Below the pieces are notes generated by a model that searched no databases, was not told the DNA's origin, and saw only the letters and a program-made list of their open reading frames with translations. From the NCBI RefSeq assembly GCF_016903815.1, contig NZ_CP069973.1: a stretch of 64,000 nucleotides of DNA; one strand, written 5' to 3'. This DNA is from Escherichia coli (lineage in GTDB: Bacteria; Pseudomonadota; Gammaproteobacteria; Enterobacterales; Enterobacteriaceae). This document shows positions 10,233 through 20,079 of this stretch, piece by piece (the first letter of the stretch is position 1; each line of letters starts with the position of its first letter). A program made the translations under genes and the position numbers.

Positions 10233-11423
10233 TTACACTTTTAACTTTCTAGAAAATAAATTTTTCGCTTTTCTGTAAAATGGTAGTTTTTTATTCTTAA
10301 TGGATTTTTCAAGTTTATTCAGCTTTGGCTTACATGTTCGAAGCTCTTGCACAGTCTCTCTAACATAGAGCTGCGTTTGTGTTAGTGGCGGAATTAACCC
10401 ATTATATAGTTTTTTTATATAGTTAATACATAGCTGTGAAGCATTTACCTCTTTATCTACGTAAAAAAGACTTTCACGAAGATTTGATGCTCTTAATACA
10501 ATATCTTGACAGTTATTGAGACAGTGAATTATGGATGGTTCAAAATCAGAAAGACTAGTGCAAACATAACCTATCTCGTCTCTATGTTTAAACTCTAAAG
10601 ATGTAAGATCAAATTTTTGAATACCTATTTTGTTTTTCAATCCAGCTTGATATAGAAGAATAGGTTTTTCTGCATACATACCGTCAAATATAGCCCCAGA
10701 AAAATCACTTATAATCAAATCTGCCGCACAAAGCAATTTTAATTGGTCCGCAGAACCATCGTAAACATGTTTTAAGTTTGCTTTATTTGCAGAATCTACC
10801 CATTCAGGTATTTTTGCATCATTATTGTGATGCATCTTTAATATAAGATTATATTTTGATTGTAACCGAGATATTGTATCCAGAAGTTCAAAATATGAAC
10901 CCAACTCCCCCCAAGTAGGCATGTAAAGCAATGTCTTTTTGGTTATATCTAATTTTAATTCTTTATAAAGCTCTTCTCTATTTGAGTACTTTTGTTTGTA
11001 CTCTAACCAATTATCAAACTTTGGATTTCCAACAGGATAGGATGGCGCATAGTGAGAAACAATATTAGATGAATAGTCACCATACATTAAATTCATGTCA
11101 GCAAGAGAACGCCATTCACCATAATTATGGCGCTCCTTTGCTAAACCATATTGTATTGAAACTAATTTACTATTTTTAATTTTCTCAATACCAGGAAAAG
11201 CCGACTGAAAAAGTAAGATATCATGAGTCCCATCAATAACGGGAACATCATGGGGCTCAATATACACTACATTCCATGATTTGTTATTAATTAACTTCTT
11301 GGGAAACAAGGCAAGGTTATTGTTTTTCCTAATAATAAAAATAGTTGGTTTTTCTAATTTTAATGCAATAGATTTGAATTGAATCAACTGGAATGGATTC
11401 CAGATTATAAATCCTACTTTCAT
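10233..11423 (-). CDS. TagB/TagF-like CDP-glycerol glycerophosphotransferase (putative capsule polymerase/primase)
   Basis: 396 aa ORF; C-terminal motif DLIISDFSGAIFDGMYAEKPILLY resembles the teichoic-acid glycerophosphotransferase signature; next to a cytidylyltransferase. Confidence 0.6.
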   Translation of the reverse strand: MKVGFIIWNPFQLIQFKSIALKLEKPTIFIIRKNNNLALFPKKLINNKSWNVVYIEPHDVPVIDGTHDILLFQSAFPGIEKIKNSKLVSIQYGLAKERHNYGEWRSLADMNLMYGDYSSNIVSHYAPSYPVGNPKFDNWLEYKQKYSNREELYKELKLDITKKTLLYMPTWGELGSYFELLDTISRLQSKYNLILKMHHNNDAKIPEWVDSANKANLKHVYDGSADQLKLLCAADLIISDFSGAIFDGMYAEKPILLYQAGLKNKIGIQKFDLTSLEFKHRDEIGYVCTSLSDFEPSIIHCLNNCQDIVLRASNLRESLFYVDKEVNASQLCINYIKKLYNGLIPPLTQTQLYVRETVQELRTCKPKLNKLEKSIKNKKLPFYRKAKNLFSRKLKV

Positions 11424-11429
11424 ATTTAT

Positions 11430-12689
11430 TCACTTTGTAATTTGTTCAAAAATTATTCTTTCTTTATCCCATTCATGCAGGTGGGTTCCCACTTCATTCT
11501 CATCAACAAAATAATGAGTATGAAAATCTTTATTGTTATGGAAATGAGTAAAACCGAACAAACATTCTTTGGGTATTTTACCAACTATAGAGTAAACCCA
11601 ATAGGCAACTGCTAGTCCTGTACTTGGTAGACCATCTAGTTTTTTTATAAGTGATTTGTACACATGATTTGGTATAACCGTATATTCCATTTCCATTAAT
11701 TGTGGAGCAAGAAAATATTTGTTTGCATCTCTTCTTTTTATTGTGAAATTATTCGCCGCAAAAATAACAAGTCTATTGTTTTTGAGATTATTATTGCTTA
11801 CTTCTTTATTTGCCACTCTAACCCATATATCCTGCTTTGTACCATAATCATCCGGATAGTCCAGGGTATAATTGTTTATTCTAATCACTGTTTTTTTAGA
11901 ATCAATCAACGCTCCATGACCGGTATTTATTTCTGTTGGTGCATTCCCAACAATACAAAAACTACCAGCGGAATTTCTAATTGATTTTATAAACTCATTT
12001 CGTGATTTTAAGATGTGAGAATATTGTTCACTTCCTCTTTGTATATATGGATCATTAAAAATCTTATTCTTTTTAATCTTGTTAAAAACATAAGGACTGC
12101 TTGTATATTTCAACAGAAACTTTTTCCCTATTTGCTTAATAATTTCATTAGCTTTAGCATCCTTATCATTTTGATATAACATTATTGCCAAGCGTAATTT
12201 TTGACTTTTATTTAAATTTCTCAATGATACATCAGAGCAAAGTCGTGATATTATTCTTTTAAGCCTGTCTGATTTATAGCCATATTTTTGTGAAATAAAA
12301 TCAGAATACCTAAGATTAATAGTTATTTCTTTATTTCTGTAATGCGCTGAAATAAAATGTTTTTCTGTAATATCGCTATAGTTACGATATCTTAGTAACC
12401 AATCAGCAATTGAGTAATGAATGTAACGTGATTTTACTTTATTGAATAAGTAAAAAGGTACTATCCCTACATTATCATGCGTTTTTTTTATCTTTATAAA
12501 CAGCAAAGAATTAATAAAATGAAAAAAATGAACTTTACGTATAAACCAAGAACCTTGTAACTTCACCACATTATCTTCACCTATAAAAATGAGTAATCTC
12601 ATTATTAGCTTGTCATAAATACTATATCTAGAAAAATAAACATCTTGCGCTTTTTTTATGAGTATTTTCTTTATTGACATATTATGCAA
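11430..12689 (-). CDS. Putative glycosyltransferase with sialyltransferase-like L-motif
   Basis: 419 aa ORF; segment SFCIVGNAPTEINTGHGALIDSKKTVIRINN resembles the C-x-VGN-x-P ... ID ... V-R-N motif of GT29/GT42-type transferases; assignment tentative. Confidence 0.5.
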   Translation of the reverse strand: MHNMSIKKILIKKAQDVYFSRYSIYDKLIMRLLIFIGEDNVVKLQGSWFIRKVHFFHFINSLLFIKIKKTHDNVGIVPFYLFNKVKSRYIHYSIADWLLRYRNYSDITEKHFISAHYRNKEITINLRYSDFISQKYGYKSDRLKRIISRLCSDVSLRNLNKSQKLRLAIMLYQNDKDAKANEIIKQIGKKFLLKYTSSPYVFNKIKKNKIFNDPYIQRGSEQYSHILKSRNEFIKSIRNSAGSFCIVGNAPTEINTGHGALIDSKKTVIRINNYTLDYPDDYGTKQDIWVRVANKEVSNNNLKNNRLVIFAANNFTIKRRDANKYFLAPQLMEMEYTVIPNHVYKSLIKKLDGLPSTGLAVAYWVYSIVGKIPKECLFGFTHFHNNKDFHTHYFVDENEVGTHLHEWDKERIIFEQITK

Positions 12690-12782
12690 GTTTCTTTTGT
12701 TAGTTCGCTCTAAGCCTCAACAGACATAGGTGTTCATTCCCTTTTCAAGGGGATGAACACCTACCTGAACATAAACATTAAT

Positions 12783-13178
12783 TTAACTGTATTTTTTAAT
12801 CTCCGTAATAAGTTTTGTAGTAGAAATGCCTTCCGTCCTTGGTAAATAAATAACCTCGCATAACTTTTTAAACATATCAAACTTTCCTTCCCAATCATTA
12901 CCCATAATAAGAATGTTAGCTTTATATTTTTTTATATACTCACCTTTTAATTCAAGTGACTCCTCAAGAAATACGTCATCAACATATTGTAGAGAACGAA
13001 TAATTTCACATCGCTCATTTTCTGGGTAAACTGGGTATCTTTGCTTTTTAGAGAAACTTAATGCATCGGATGACACGCCAACAATTAATCGATCACCATA
13101 TTTCTTTGCTCTTTCTAAAATTTTAATGTGGCCAATATGTAAAACATCAAATGTTCCAAAGGTTATGACTGTACGCAT
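12783..13178 (-). CDS. Glycerol-3-phosphate cytidylyltransferase (TagD-like)
   Basis: About 131 aa; N-terminal ITFGTFDVLHIGHIKIL contains the HxGH nucleotidyltransferase signature and matches the TagD-family start; ORF track gives 12783..13190, start trimmed to the Met before RTVITFGTFD. Confidence 0.7.
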   Translation of the reverse strand: MRTVITFGTFDVLHIGHIKILERAKKYGDRLIVGVSSDALSFSKKQRYPVYPENERCEIIRSLQYVDDVFLEESLELKGEYIKKYKANILIMGNDWEGKFDMFKKLCEVIYLPRTEGISTTKLITEIKKYS

Positions 13179-13347
13179 TGTATATTCCAATTTATATAAA
13201 GAGAGATTTTTTGATAACGGAAATCAAGATTTAGCAAAATAAATACCATCGCCATCAACCTCACCTCATAAAGTCAGTAAATACAAATGAGAACAAGGTG
13301 ATTTCGTGATAATAATTGCATGAATTACACAACTTGAATGAAGATAA

Positions 13348-14022
13348 TCAATATGTATTAATTGTTATGTTGTTTTTATACTCCTCTATCCCCTCCTGAA
13401 CATCCTCATGAAAACTAACCGCATTATCATCCATAAACACAATGGCCACATCGCAAAACTCTTTCAATGAATTCAAACTATGTGAAACCATTAAAAAACT
13501 AGATTCTTTATGCCTTTCTTTAAACAATTGAGCGCACTTTTCTTTAAACCTGGCATCACCGACCGCCGTTACTTCATCGACGATATAATAATCAAACTTA
13601 AATGCCATGCTTAAACCAAAGCCCAGGCGAGATCGCATACCTGATGAGTAAGTTTTAATCGGCATATCAAAGTACTTACCGAGTTCGGCAAATTCTTCGA
13701 CAAACTCAATTTTCTCTTTCAGTTCTTCTTGCTTCGCGTATAACCGCGCAACAAATTTTACGTTTTCGCGTCCGGTTAAACTTCCCTGAAATCCACCTGC
13801 GAGGCCGACTGGCCATGATATTGTTTTATTAGTGATGATCTTTCCACTGTCGGGGCGGTCAATGCCGCCAATCATTCTCAGTAACGTTGATTTACCCGCT
13901 CCGTTGCGACCAATAAAGGCAACACTTTTTCCTGAAGGGATTTCAATATTTAAATCCTTAAAGACATAGTGTCGACCCGTTGGCGTGCGATAGGACTTCG
14001 TCAAATTCTCAATCTTAATCAT
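13348..14022 (-). CDS. kpsT: Capsule ABC transporter ATP-binding protein KpsT
   Basis: 224 aa ORF; Walker A GRNGAGKST, ABC signature YSSGMRSRLGF, Walker B YYIVDE; ATGA overlap with kpsM. Confidence 0.92.
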   Translation of the reverse strand: MIKIENLTKSYRTPTGRHYVFKDLNIEIPSGKSVAFIGRNGAGKSTLLRMIGGIDRPDSGKIITNKTISWPVGLAGGFQGSLTGRENVKFVARLYAKQEELKEKIEFVEEFAELGKYFDMPIKTYSSGMRSRLGFGLSMAFKFDYYIVDEVTAVGDARFKEKCAQLFKERHKESSFLMVSHSLNSLKEFCDVAIVFMDDNAVSFHEDVQEGIEEYKNNITINTY

Positions 14023-14795
14023 GATGTCAGCATTGCCTCTTCACGCGTTCGGTATAACGCCAGACCGATGAACAGGGTGACCAGAGTGAACATTGCCAGG
14101 TAGTTCAGACTTACGCCTTCGCTGATATAGCCAGGCATAACAGCCTCGCGGCTTAGCTCCACCACATGTACTAATGGGTTCCAGAGTAGATATGACCAGT
14201 ATTGCTTTGGAATCGAGTGTAGAGGGAACATGATGCAGGAGATGAAATACAGCGGCTTAAGCAGTATCGGCAGAACCTTTTGCATTTCGGGGAAGGTTTT
14301 ACCAACGACCATGAATATTAAGCCGACGCCACATGAAAGAATGATCAGCAGGCTCCAGGTAGCCACAAGTTGTAAAAAATTTGTTATCTCGAAATATTCG
14401 CCTGCCATCCAGACAATGAGCATAAGCAGAATATAAACAGCAACGTAAATCAGTGTCTCAAGCAGTGCGCGTGCAATGATCGTATCGATGGGTTTTACTG
14501 GTCGATAATTAAACAACCCCTGATTCGCTTCAATAGCACCTACAGAACGATTGCTGATACTGCTAAAGATAAAAAAGGGAATCAGGCCATTAAGTAAAAA
14601 CACCGGGAATGAGATGTCTGGCATCGTGCGGTGCATAATGTAACCAAAAATGCCCAACAGTATCAGCAAATGCGCAGAGGGTTCGAGAATCGCCCACAAA
14701 TATCCCAGACGGAACTTACCAAAGCGTGTTCGTATTTCTCGTAGAAATAATGCCTCTACGGTGACTTTCTGGACTTCAAATCCACTTCTTGCCAT
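14019..14795 (-). CDS. kpsM: Capsule ABC transporter permease KpsM
   Basis: 258 aa polytopic membrane protein starting MARSGFEVQKVTVEALFLREIRTRFG; the ORF track extends to 14936 but that extension covers the ops element and is not coding. Confidence 0.9.
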   Translation of the reverse strand: MARSGFEVQKVTVEALFLREIRTRFGKFRLGYLWAILEPSAHLLILLGIFGYIMHRTMPDISFPVFLLNGLIPFFIFSSISNRSVGAIEANQGLFNYRPVKPIDTIIARALLETLIYVAVYILLMLIVWMAGEYFEITNFLQLVATWSLLIILSCGVGLIFMVVGKTFPEMQKVLPILLKPLYFISCIMFPLHSIPKQYWSYLLWNPLVHVVELSREAVMPGYISEGVSLNYLAMFTLVTLFIGLALYRTREEAMLTS

Positions 14796-15855
14796 TTGAT
14801 GATGTGATCCTAATCTCTTCAGGTACGCTACCGCCCCTGGCTTAACAGCTACCAATACACTGGAGGTAATACTTGACTTGTTTGTAACTGGATAAAATTC
14901 ATTCGGACGGCTTGACCTTTTAATAGCCAAAAACAATTTCAGCAGAAATTATTTCCGCAGGGATAAATAGATCTATTTCCGTCTCGTTTCTTCTAATCCA
15001 TTCTTCAGGCATGAATGTATTCGGTCTTCTGGTAATTTCAGAAAACTGGCCGTTTTAGAATGCAGAGTTAATTTCTCAGGAAATTATTTTTTGTGATTAC
15101 TGTTAACTACTTGATTATAATATCCCCTATGGATTTTATGCGTAACAATACCTACAATCTGTTTCAAACCAGAACGCACGCGATTGATTACCAATAAATT
15201 GTTCACCGAGAAACTATTTCCCTATTTAAAATTCACTCGTGTACTTCTTATTTATATCTACAGCCCCCTCTTTACAGCCATATTTGTGATTCATATCACA
15301 TTTAAATGGTGTTATTTAAGTCGCATCAATAATCCCGAAGGTAATTATTTTCGTCGATTAAAATATACATCTTGATTATTTTGTGTGTTTATTTTAACCA
15401 GTGTTACAACCAACACCATCCCTCAGTAGATATACCTGAGCAGACATTTCTTAAAATCAACGAATAGTTTCACTGGAAATTATTATGCTTATTTGAAATT
15501 CCCTTTCTGATTATCTCCAGGAATTTTACTAATTTCCAAGCTACACAAAATACAGATCACACAAGAATTATCCTATATGTTTTGGCCTATCAATTGTTAC
15601 TCAATGATTTATTGCAACTATTAATAATCATAATGTGTCAAAACACTTAAGCAACTTTACAGTCTGAGAAAGGTGTCGATTAACGAAGGCTACATGGTGA
15701 AAAACAGGTTCCTTCAGTGTTACCGAATATTCCGTGGTGGTCTGGAGGGAGATAATTCTTGCTACATCGAAACTCAGCCCGGTAAGCGGGTTTGACAGTT
15801 CCGCACTCACCATTGGGCTAAGGGTTATCAGGTGGGGTTAAGGAAATGGCAATAC
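14796..15855 (-). promoter_or_regulatory. kps region 3 promoter and long untranslated leader (capsule-island to backbone junction)
   Basis: About 1 kb AT-rich non-coding region between kpsM and gspM with no convincing ORF; the region 3 promoter is known to lie several hundred bp upstream of kpsM. Exact -10/-35 not assigned. Confidence 0.5.
14824..14835 (-). promoter_or_regulatory. ops-like element (RfaH recruitment site) within a JUMPstart-like leader upstream of kpsM
   Basis: Minus-strand sequence GGCGGTAGCGTA about 30 nt upstream of the kpsM ATG matches the ops core GGCGGTAG; this is the known position for kps region 3. Confidence 0.8.
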
Positions 15856-16392
15856 CTACCCCCGTCCAAATTCCAGTCGCTGCACATTCACCATCCCAGG
15901 CTTCTCACCCGCACTGACATCAATTTGTGTCACCCGCAGCGCATATTTTTCATCCAGTGCGTTTAACCATTTCAGCAGGTCATTAAACACCACAGGTTCT
16001 ATCCAGACCTGAATATTCTCCCCACGCTCGGCTATTCGCTTGATGACCACAGAGTGCACGGAAGCACTATCGCTGATGACCCGCGATACCTGCGCAGGCG
16101 TTGTTGTGGCAGATTTTCGCGCTGCAATAATATCCGGCGCGGCGCTCTTCAGTCGCGCGTTCATCGCCACCAGCTGCTGCAACATCGTCTCCTGTTGCTC
16201 AATCCGTTCGCTCAACGGCTGCCAGATGAGAACGTAATATCCGGCGCTAAACAGGAACACTACCGCTGCCAGTAACATGCCTTTTTCACGCGGAGAACGC
16301 CCCGCCAGGTGTTGTGTCAGCCAGTGTTCGCCACGGCTTAACTGGCGTTCACGCCATTGCTGAAAATAGTGAATAAATTTATCGCGTAACAT
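15856..16392 (-). CDS. gspM: Type II secretion system protein M
   Basis: 178 aa ORF, single N-terminal TM segment, last gene of the gsp operon, translationally coupled to gspL. Confidence 0.85.
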   Translation of the reverse strand: MLRDKFIHYFQQWRERQLSRGEHWLTQHLAGRSPREKGMLLAAVVFLFSAGYYVLIWQPLSERIEQQETMLQQLVAMNARLKSAAPDIIAARKSATTTPAQVSRVISDSASVHSVVIKRIAERGENIQVWIEPVVFNDLLKWLNALDEKYALRVTQIDVSAGEKPGMVNVQRLEFGRG

Positions 16393-16393
16393 G

Positions 16394-17572
16394 TTATTTC
16401 CTCCGCAACGTTACGCCGCCGGAAACCGCATCACCATCTTTCTGTAACGCGTCCTGTTGCACAACATAATCTGCCGCCAGTGCGCTACGCAGTTTGTCGA
16501 AGCTGGCAAAGTTCGCAGCCCGTAGCTGGAGGTGAAGCGTCTGGCGTTTTTGATCAAAGGTGAAACCACGCATTTCGATGTCGGTAAGTGACGCTGATTT
16601 CAGGGTACTGGCGATCGCTGACAATTCTGCGAGCAGCCGGGTATCGTCGGCCTGTGGGCGATATTTTTTCAGCGCCATCGTCACCTGAGAGCGTAAATTC
16701 ACAATCCGCTTCTGCTCCGGGAATAGCGTTAAGAACTGTTTCTCCGCCTGGGTGCGGCTTTGCGCCACCTGTTCGCTGACGCTCCATAACGTCACGCCCC
16801 GTTCCACTACCAGCGCAACCAGAATCAGCAATATCGGCAGAATCATCACCCGCCAGCGCGCCCACTGTTTTCGGTAGCTGACACGAGGCTGCCACGGCCC
16901 TGTTAGCAGGTTCCCTTCCGGTTCGCCATAAGTGGTAATGGCTGGCAGAGCCGTAACGGTCAGGCGTTCGGCGTCCGCACCAGCCCATGCAGATAGTTCT
17001 TCCGGTGCAATGCCGACCACGGTTAGCGAAAGCGGTAAATTCTGCTCATTGAGCTGTGCGCGGAACATGACCGGAGCCAGCGCCCGCCCGGCGCTCCATC
17101 CCCGGCATTCATCGATGCGGCAGATAACCCGTTGCGCATCGCCAGCCATAAACCCACAAGGAATGGACATCCAGTCCGGCGCGACGGTAGCGTGGGTGAT
17201 GCCGTTTGCCTGCAACCATTGCGCAATGTTGCGCATATGCTGCTGGTGAATCACAGCTACGGTTGCCAGTTGCTGGTCGATTTTCAACGGGGCGAAATGC
17301 AGTTCATCGATATCCTGGTTCAGCTCTTCTTCCAGCAAGGCGGGCAGAATCGTCGGTATCTGCTTACGGGGCACATCAGGCAGTTCAACCTGCCAGACGC
17401 TGATCCATTCGCCGGGAATATAGAGTCGAATCGCATCAGTTTGCAGCCATTGCTGGAGACATTCATCAGCAACGTCAGGCCAGATGCCGCACTCCACGTC
17501 GGCGGTACGACGCTGCCAACGGATGGGAGCGGAAGCGCAAAGCGGGAAAAAAATCTCAAGGATGGAACTCAC
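16394..17572 (-). CDS. gspL: Type II secretion system protein L
   Basis: 392 aa ORF with central TM segment (WRVMILPILLILVALVV); operon position. Confidence 0.85.
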   Translation of the reverse strand: MSSILEIFFPLCASAPIRWQRRTADVECGIWPDVADECLQQWLQTDAIRLYIPGEWISVWQVELPDVPRKQIPTILPALLEEELNQDIDELHFAPLKIDQQLATVAVIHQQHMRNIAQWLQANGITHATVAPDWMSIPCGFMAGDAQRVICRIDECRGWSAGRALAPVMFRAQLNEQNLPLSLTVVGIAPEELSAWAGADAERLTVTALPAITTYGEPEGNLLTGPWQPRVSYRKQWARWRVMILPILLILVALVVERGVTLWSVSEQVAQSRTQAEKQFLTLFPEQKRIVNLRSQVTMALKKYRPQADDTRLLAELSAIASTLKSASLTDIEMRGFTFDQKRQTLHLQLRAANFASFDKLRSALAADYVVQQDALQKDGDAVSGGVTLRRK

Positions 17573-18546
17573 TCACTTTCTCCTGTCTGATGCCAGAGAA
17601 CAGAAAAGTGTTGTGGGCCCATGCGGACAATTAACGAATTCATCGTCAGTTCAATCTCATTCACGGTGATATCTGAACGCAGCCAGAAGTAATTGCTGTC
17701 CACGCTCAGGACGGTTTTTAGCTGTTTTTTAGTACGCTCATCGACGTCAGCGAGTAGCGGCTGTGCAAGAAACTGATCGACATCTTCCCAGCCCTTCGCC
17801 GGACGTTGTTGTAATAACACCCGCGCCTGAACAGGGCTTAACCACGGGTCAAACAGCGCCTCAAGAATCACACTTTGCGTGACGTCTAAGGTATTGATGT
17901 TGATTTGCTGGCGGGTCATCGGCAGCGCACAGACCAGCGGTTTCAGTTTTTGATAAAGCCCGGCGTCCATTCCCTGTACCACGCGCATCTCACTGATATC
18001 GGCCAGCGGTTGATTGGCGGCGTAGAACGGCACCGAGCGGGCGAGATACTCGCTGTCTTCACGCCCCAGACGCGTCTGCACGCTGCGGTCTTCGTCAATA
18101 AACTCCCACAGGCTTTCGGCTATCAGTTCGGCCCGATAAGCAGGCACATCCAGGCGCGTGATCAGGGCAATCAGTTGTTGTACCGCGATAGGACGCGACG
18201 CCGTCGTCGGCTGAGCGAGAGCATTCAGGTTAAAGCAGGCCTGTGCGTCACGCAGAGTGACGGCGATTTGCCCCTGCGGCAGTGGGAAAAAACGAGGGCC
18301 GGAAGCCCACGGCTGCGCCAGATGCACGCGCTTTTCATTTTTCAGGCTCAGACTGAGTGCGCTCAACGCCAGGCTTTCCGCACTGGCGCTGTACCACAGC
18401 GCCTGCTGGTACTCCTGCTGGCTGCGCGTTCGCCCAAGTTGTTGCTGCATTCGCCCGGAAAGCGTGATGGTCACCAGCATCATAACCGCCAGCAATACCA
18501 GCACCACGACCAGTGCCATTCCGCGTTTTGGTGGTGAGGTGATCAT
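17569..18546 (-). CDS. gspK: Type II secretion minor pseudopilin K
   Basis: 325 aa ORF; N-terminal hydrophobic segment after MITSPPKRGMALVVVLVLLAVMMLV; overlaps gspJ and gspL. Confidence 0.85.
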   Translation of the reverse strand: MITSPPKRGMALVVVLVLLAVMMLVTITLSGRMQQQLGRTRSQQEYQQALWYSASAESLALSALSLSLKNEKRVHLAQPWASGPRFFPLPQGQIAVTLRDAQACFNLNALAQPTTASRPIAVQQLIALITRLDVPAYRAELIAESLWEFIDEDRSVQTRLGREDSEYLARSVPFYAANQPLADISEMRVVQGMDAGLYQKLKPLVCALPMTRQQININTLDVTQSVILEALFDPWLSPVQARVLLQQRPAKGWEDVDQFLAQPLLADVDERTKKQLKTVLSVDSNYFWLRSDITVNEIELTMNSLIVRMGPQHFSVLWHQTGESE

Positions 18547-19148
18547 GATAATTGCGGCCCGCGTAACAACCAGATGCGTTCAATTTCGCCCCATTGCGGC
18601 GAATGCAGGGTTATGCGTACCGCCACAGGGATCGCCTGTACTGACGACCAGCTCTCCTGCCAGCGCGTGCCGTCGTAGAACTGCAAACGGAGCGAATCCG
18701 CCGGAATCAACTTTTGCATTGTCGGCTTCACGCTGCCTGCTGCGTCGGTCAGCGGCCAGGCTAACCGTTCGAGATAGCCGTCATGAATGCGGTAACCGAC
18801 GGTGAGCAGATTACTGCGTGGCAGACGCATCAACGGGTTAACCACACCGCCGCGCACAAAGCGCATCCCTTCACTCTCAGACGCCAGCACGCCAGCGCCA
18901 GCCAGTAACGCTGGTTCACGCTGGCCCTGATCGTCTCTTACCGGACGCGGCATCATTTGTGTCAGATCGTGGGTCAGAAAACTCATCGTTTGCTGCATGA
19001 GGTTTAGTTTTTGATCGTGTCCGGCGACGGCGCTATTCACGCGCGTGACGCCGTTAGTCACCTGCTGCGCCATCAGTGCCAGCGAGGCAAAAATGGCAAT
19101 TGCCACCAGCATTTCCAGTAACGTGAAACCAGCGCGAGCCCTTCTCAC
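18543..19148 (-). CDS. gspJ: Type II secretion minor pseudopilin J
   Basis: 201 aa ORF; prepilin-type N-terminus RAGFTLLEMLVAIAIF. Confidence 0.85.
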   Translation of the reverse strand: MRRARAGFTLLEMLVAIAIFASLALMAQQVTNGVTRVNSAVAGHDQKLNLMQQTMSFLTHDLTQMMPRPVRDDQGQREPALLAGAGVLASESEGMRFVRGGVVNPLMRLPRSNLLTVGYRIHDGYLERLAWPLTDAAGSVKPTMQKLIPADSLRLQFYDGTRWQESWSSVQAIPVAVRITLHSPQWGEIERIWLLRGPQLS

Positions 19149-19516
19149 TGTTGGCCTCCCACGGCGCTAAACCAGGCGCGTCGTGACTGAATCACCGGCG
19201 AAAAGTCTTCGTGAAGGCTGACTTCAATATCCACCGCCTGGAGCAGCGCGTTGCCTGTACTCAGCGGTGTGGTTCGCCAGTACCAGCGGCTTCCTGCCAT
19301 ATCGCTCTCGCCCTGATGCCTGACCGCCCGCTGCTCGCGGGTCATCAGGTAGAGCAGCGCGGTCTGGTTTTCAGCCACCCACCCCGCTACCGTTTTTTCC
19401 TCAAGAACGTGCTGATTACTCAGCGCGCCGCTGGCAATCTGTAACACCGCCGTGGCAGCCAGCGCAAAAATCGCCAGCGCGAGCATCACTTCCAGCAAGG
19501 TAAATCCGCGCTTCAT
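19145..19516 (-). CDS. gspI: Type II secretion minor pseudopilin I
   Basis: 123 aa ORF; prepilin-type N-terminus KRGFTLLEVMLALAIF. Confidence 0.85.
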   Translation of the reverse strand: MKRGFTLLEVMLALAIFALAATAVLQIASGALSNQHVLEEKTVAGWVAENQTALLYLMTREQRAVRHQGESDMAGSRWYWRTTPLSTGNALLQAVDIEVSLHEDFSPVIQSRRAWFSAVGGQQ

Positions 19517-20076
19517 CGCATCCTCTCATCACATTGATTGAGGGATAACGCGCCATCGTGTGCCAGTTTTACCGCCCAACATGCGTTTTGCGCCGCCGAG
19601 TAGAAGCGCAGCGTAAACGGCGTGGCGGGTTCAAAAGGCGAAAAACGGATCTGCGGCGTCTTCTTTTTCGCCTCTTTTTGCAGCTCCAGTTCAATATCGT
19701 GCAGCGTCAGGCGACGACGCTGCAGCTCCAGCGCATATTCCTTCTGCCAGATATCACTTCCGGGTTGTAACAGCATCTGCACCTGTTTCGGCACCGTAAC
19801 CTGTGCCGATAACCGGGTCGCAGAAACGGGCAACCACTGCCCCTGACGACGCTGCATAAACTGGTATCCCGGCGGGTCGATTAGTACACCGAGTGTCTGC
19901 CCTTCGATCACTGCCCTGTCTTTAAACTGCGCAAAGCGAGTCAGAAAATCCTGCGCCGCTTTTTTCGCGGGCGATTCAGAATCGGTCGCAAAAGTCTGCA
20001 CCACGCCCGCACTGGCAAGGCCGATAAGGAAAATCACCAGCATGATTTCCAGAAGTGTGAATCCGCGTTCAGGCAC
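19513..20076 (-). CDS. gspH: Type II secretion minor pseudopilin H
   Basis: 187 aa ORF; prepilin-type N-terminus ERGFTLLEIMLVIFLIGL. Confidence 0.85.
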   Translation of the reverse strand: MPERGFTLLEIMLVIFLIGLASAGVVQTFATDSESPAKKAAQDFLTRFAQFKDRAVIEGQTLGVLIDPPGYQFMQRRQGQWLPVSATRLSAQVTVPKQVQMLLQPGSDIWQKEYALELQRRRLTLHDIELELQKEAKKKTPQIRFSPFEPATPFTLRFYSAAQNACWAVKLAHDGALSLNQCDERMR

Positions 20077-20079
20077 TGA

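Noticed and set aside
14796-14936. Upstream extension of the kpsM ORF (305 aa form in the ORF track)
   Set aside because: The extension covers the ops/JUMPstart element and lacks membrane-protein character; the conserved KpsM start (MARSGFEV...) with an upstream AGGA is at 14795.
15184-15813. Short ORFs (63 aa and 61 aa) in the kpsM upstream leader
   Set aside because: No RBS or conservation signal; the region is expected to be the untranslated region 3 leader.
17905-18805. + strand ORFs (210 aa and 182 aa) overlapping gspK and gspJ
   Set aside because: Antisense to translationally coupled gsp genes; no independent signal.
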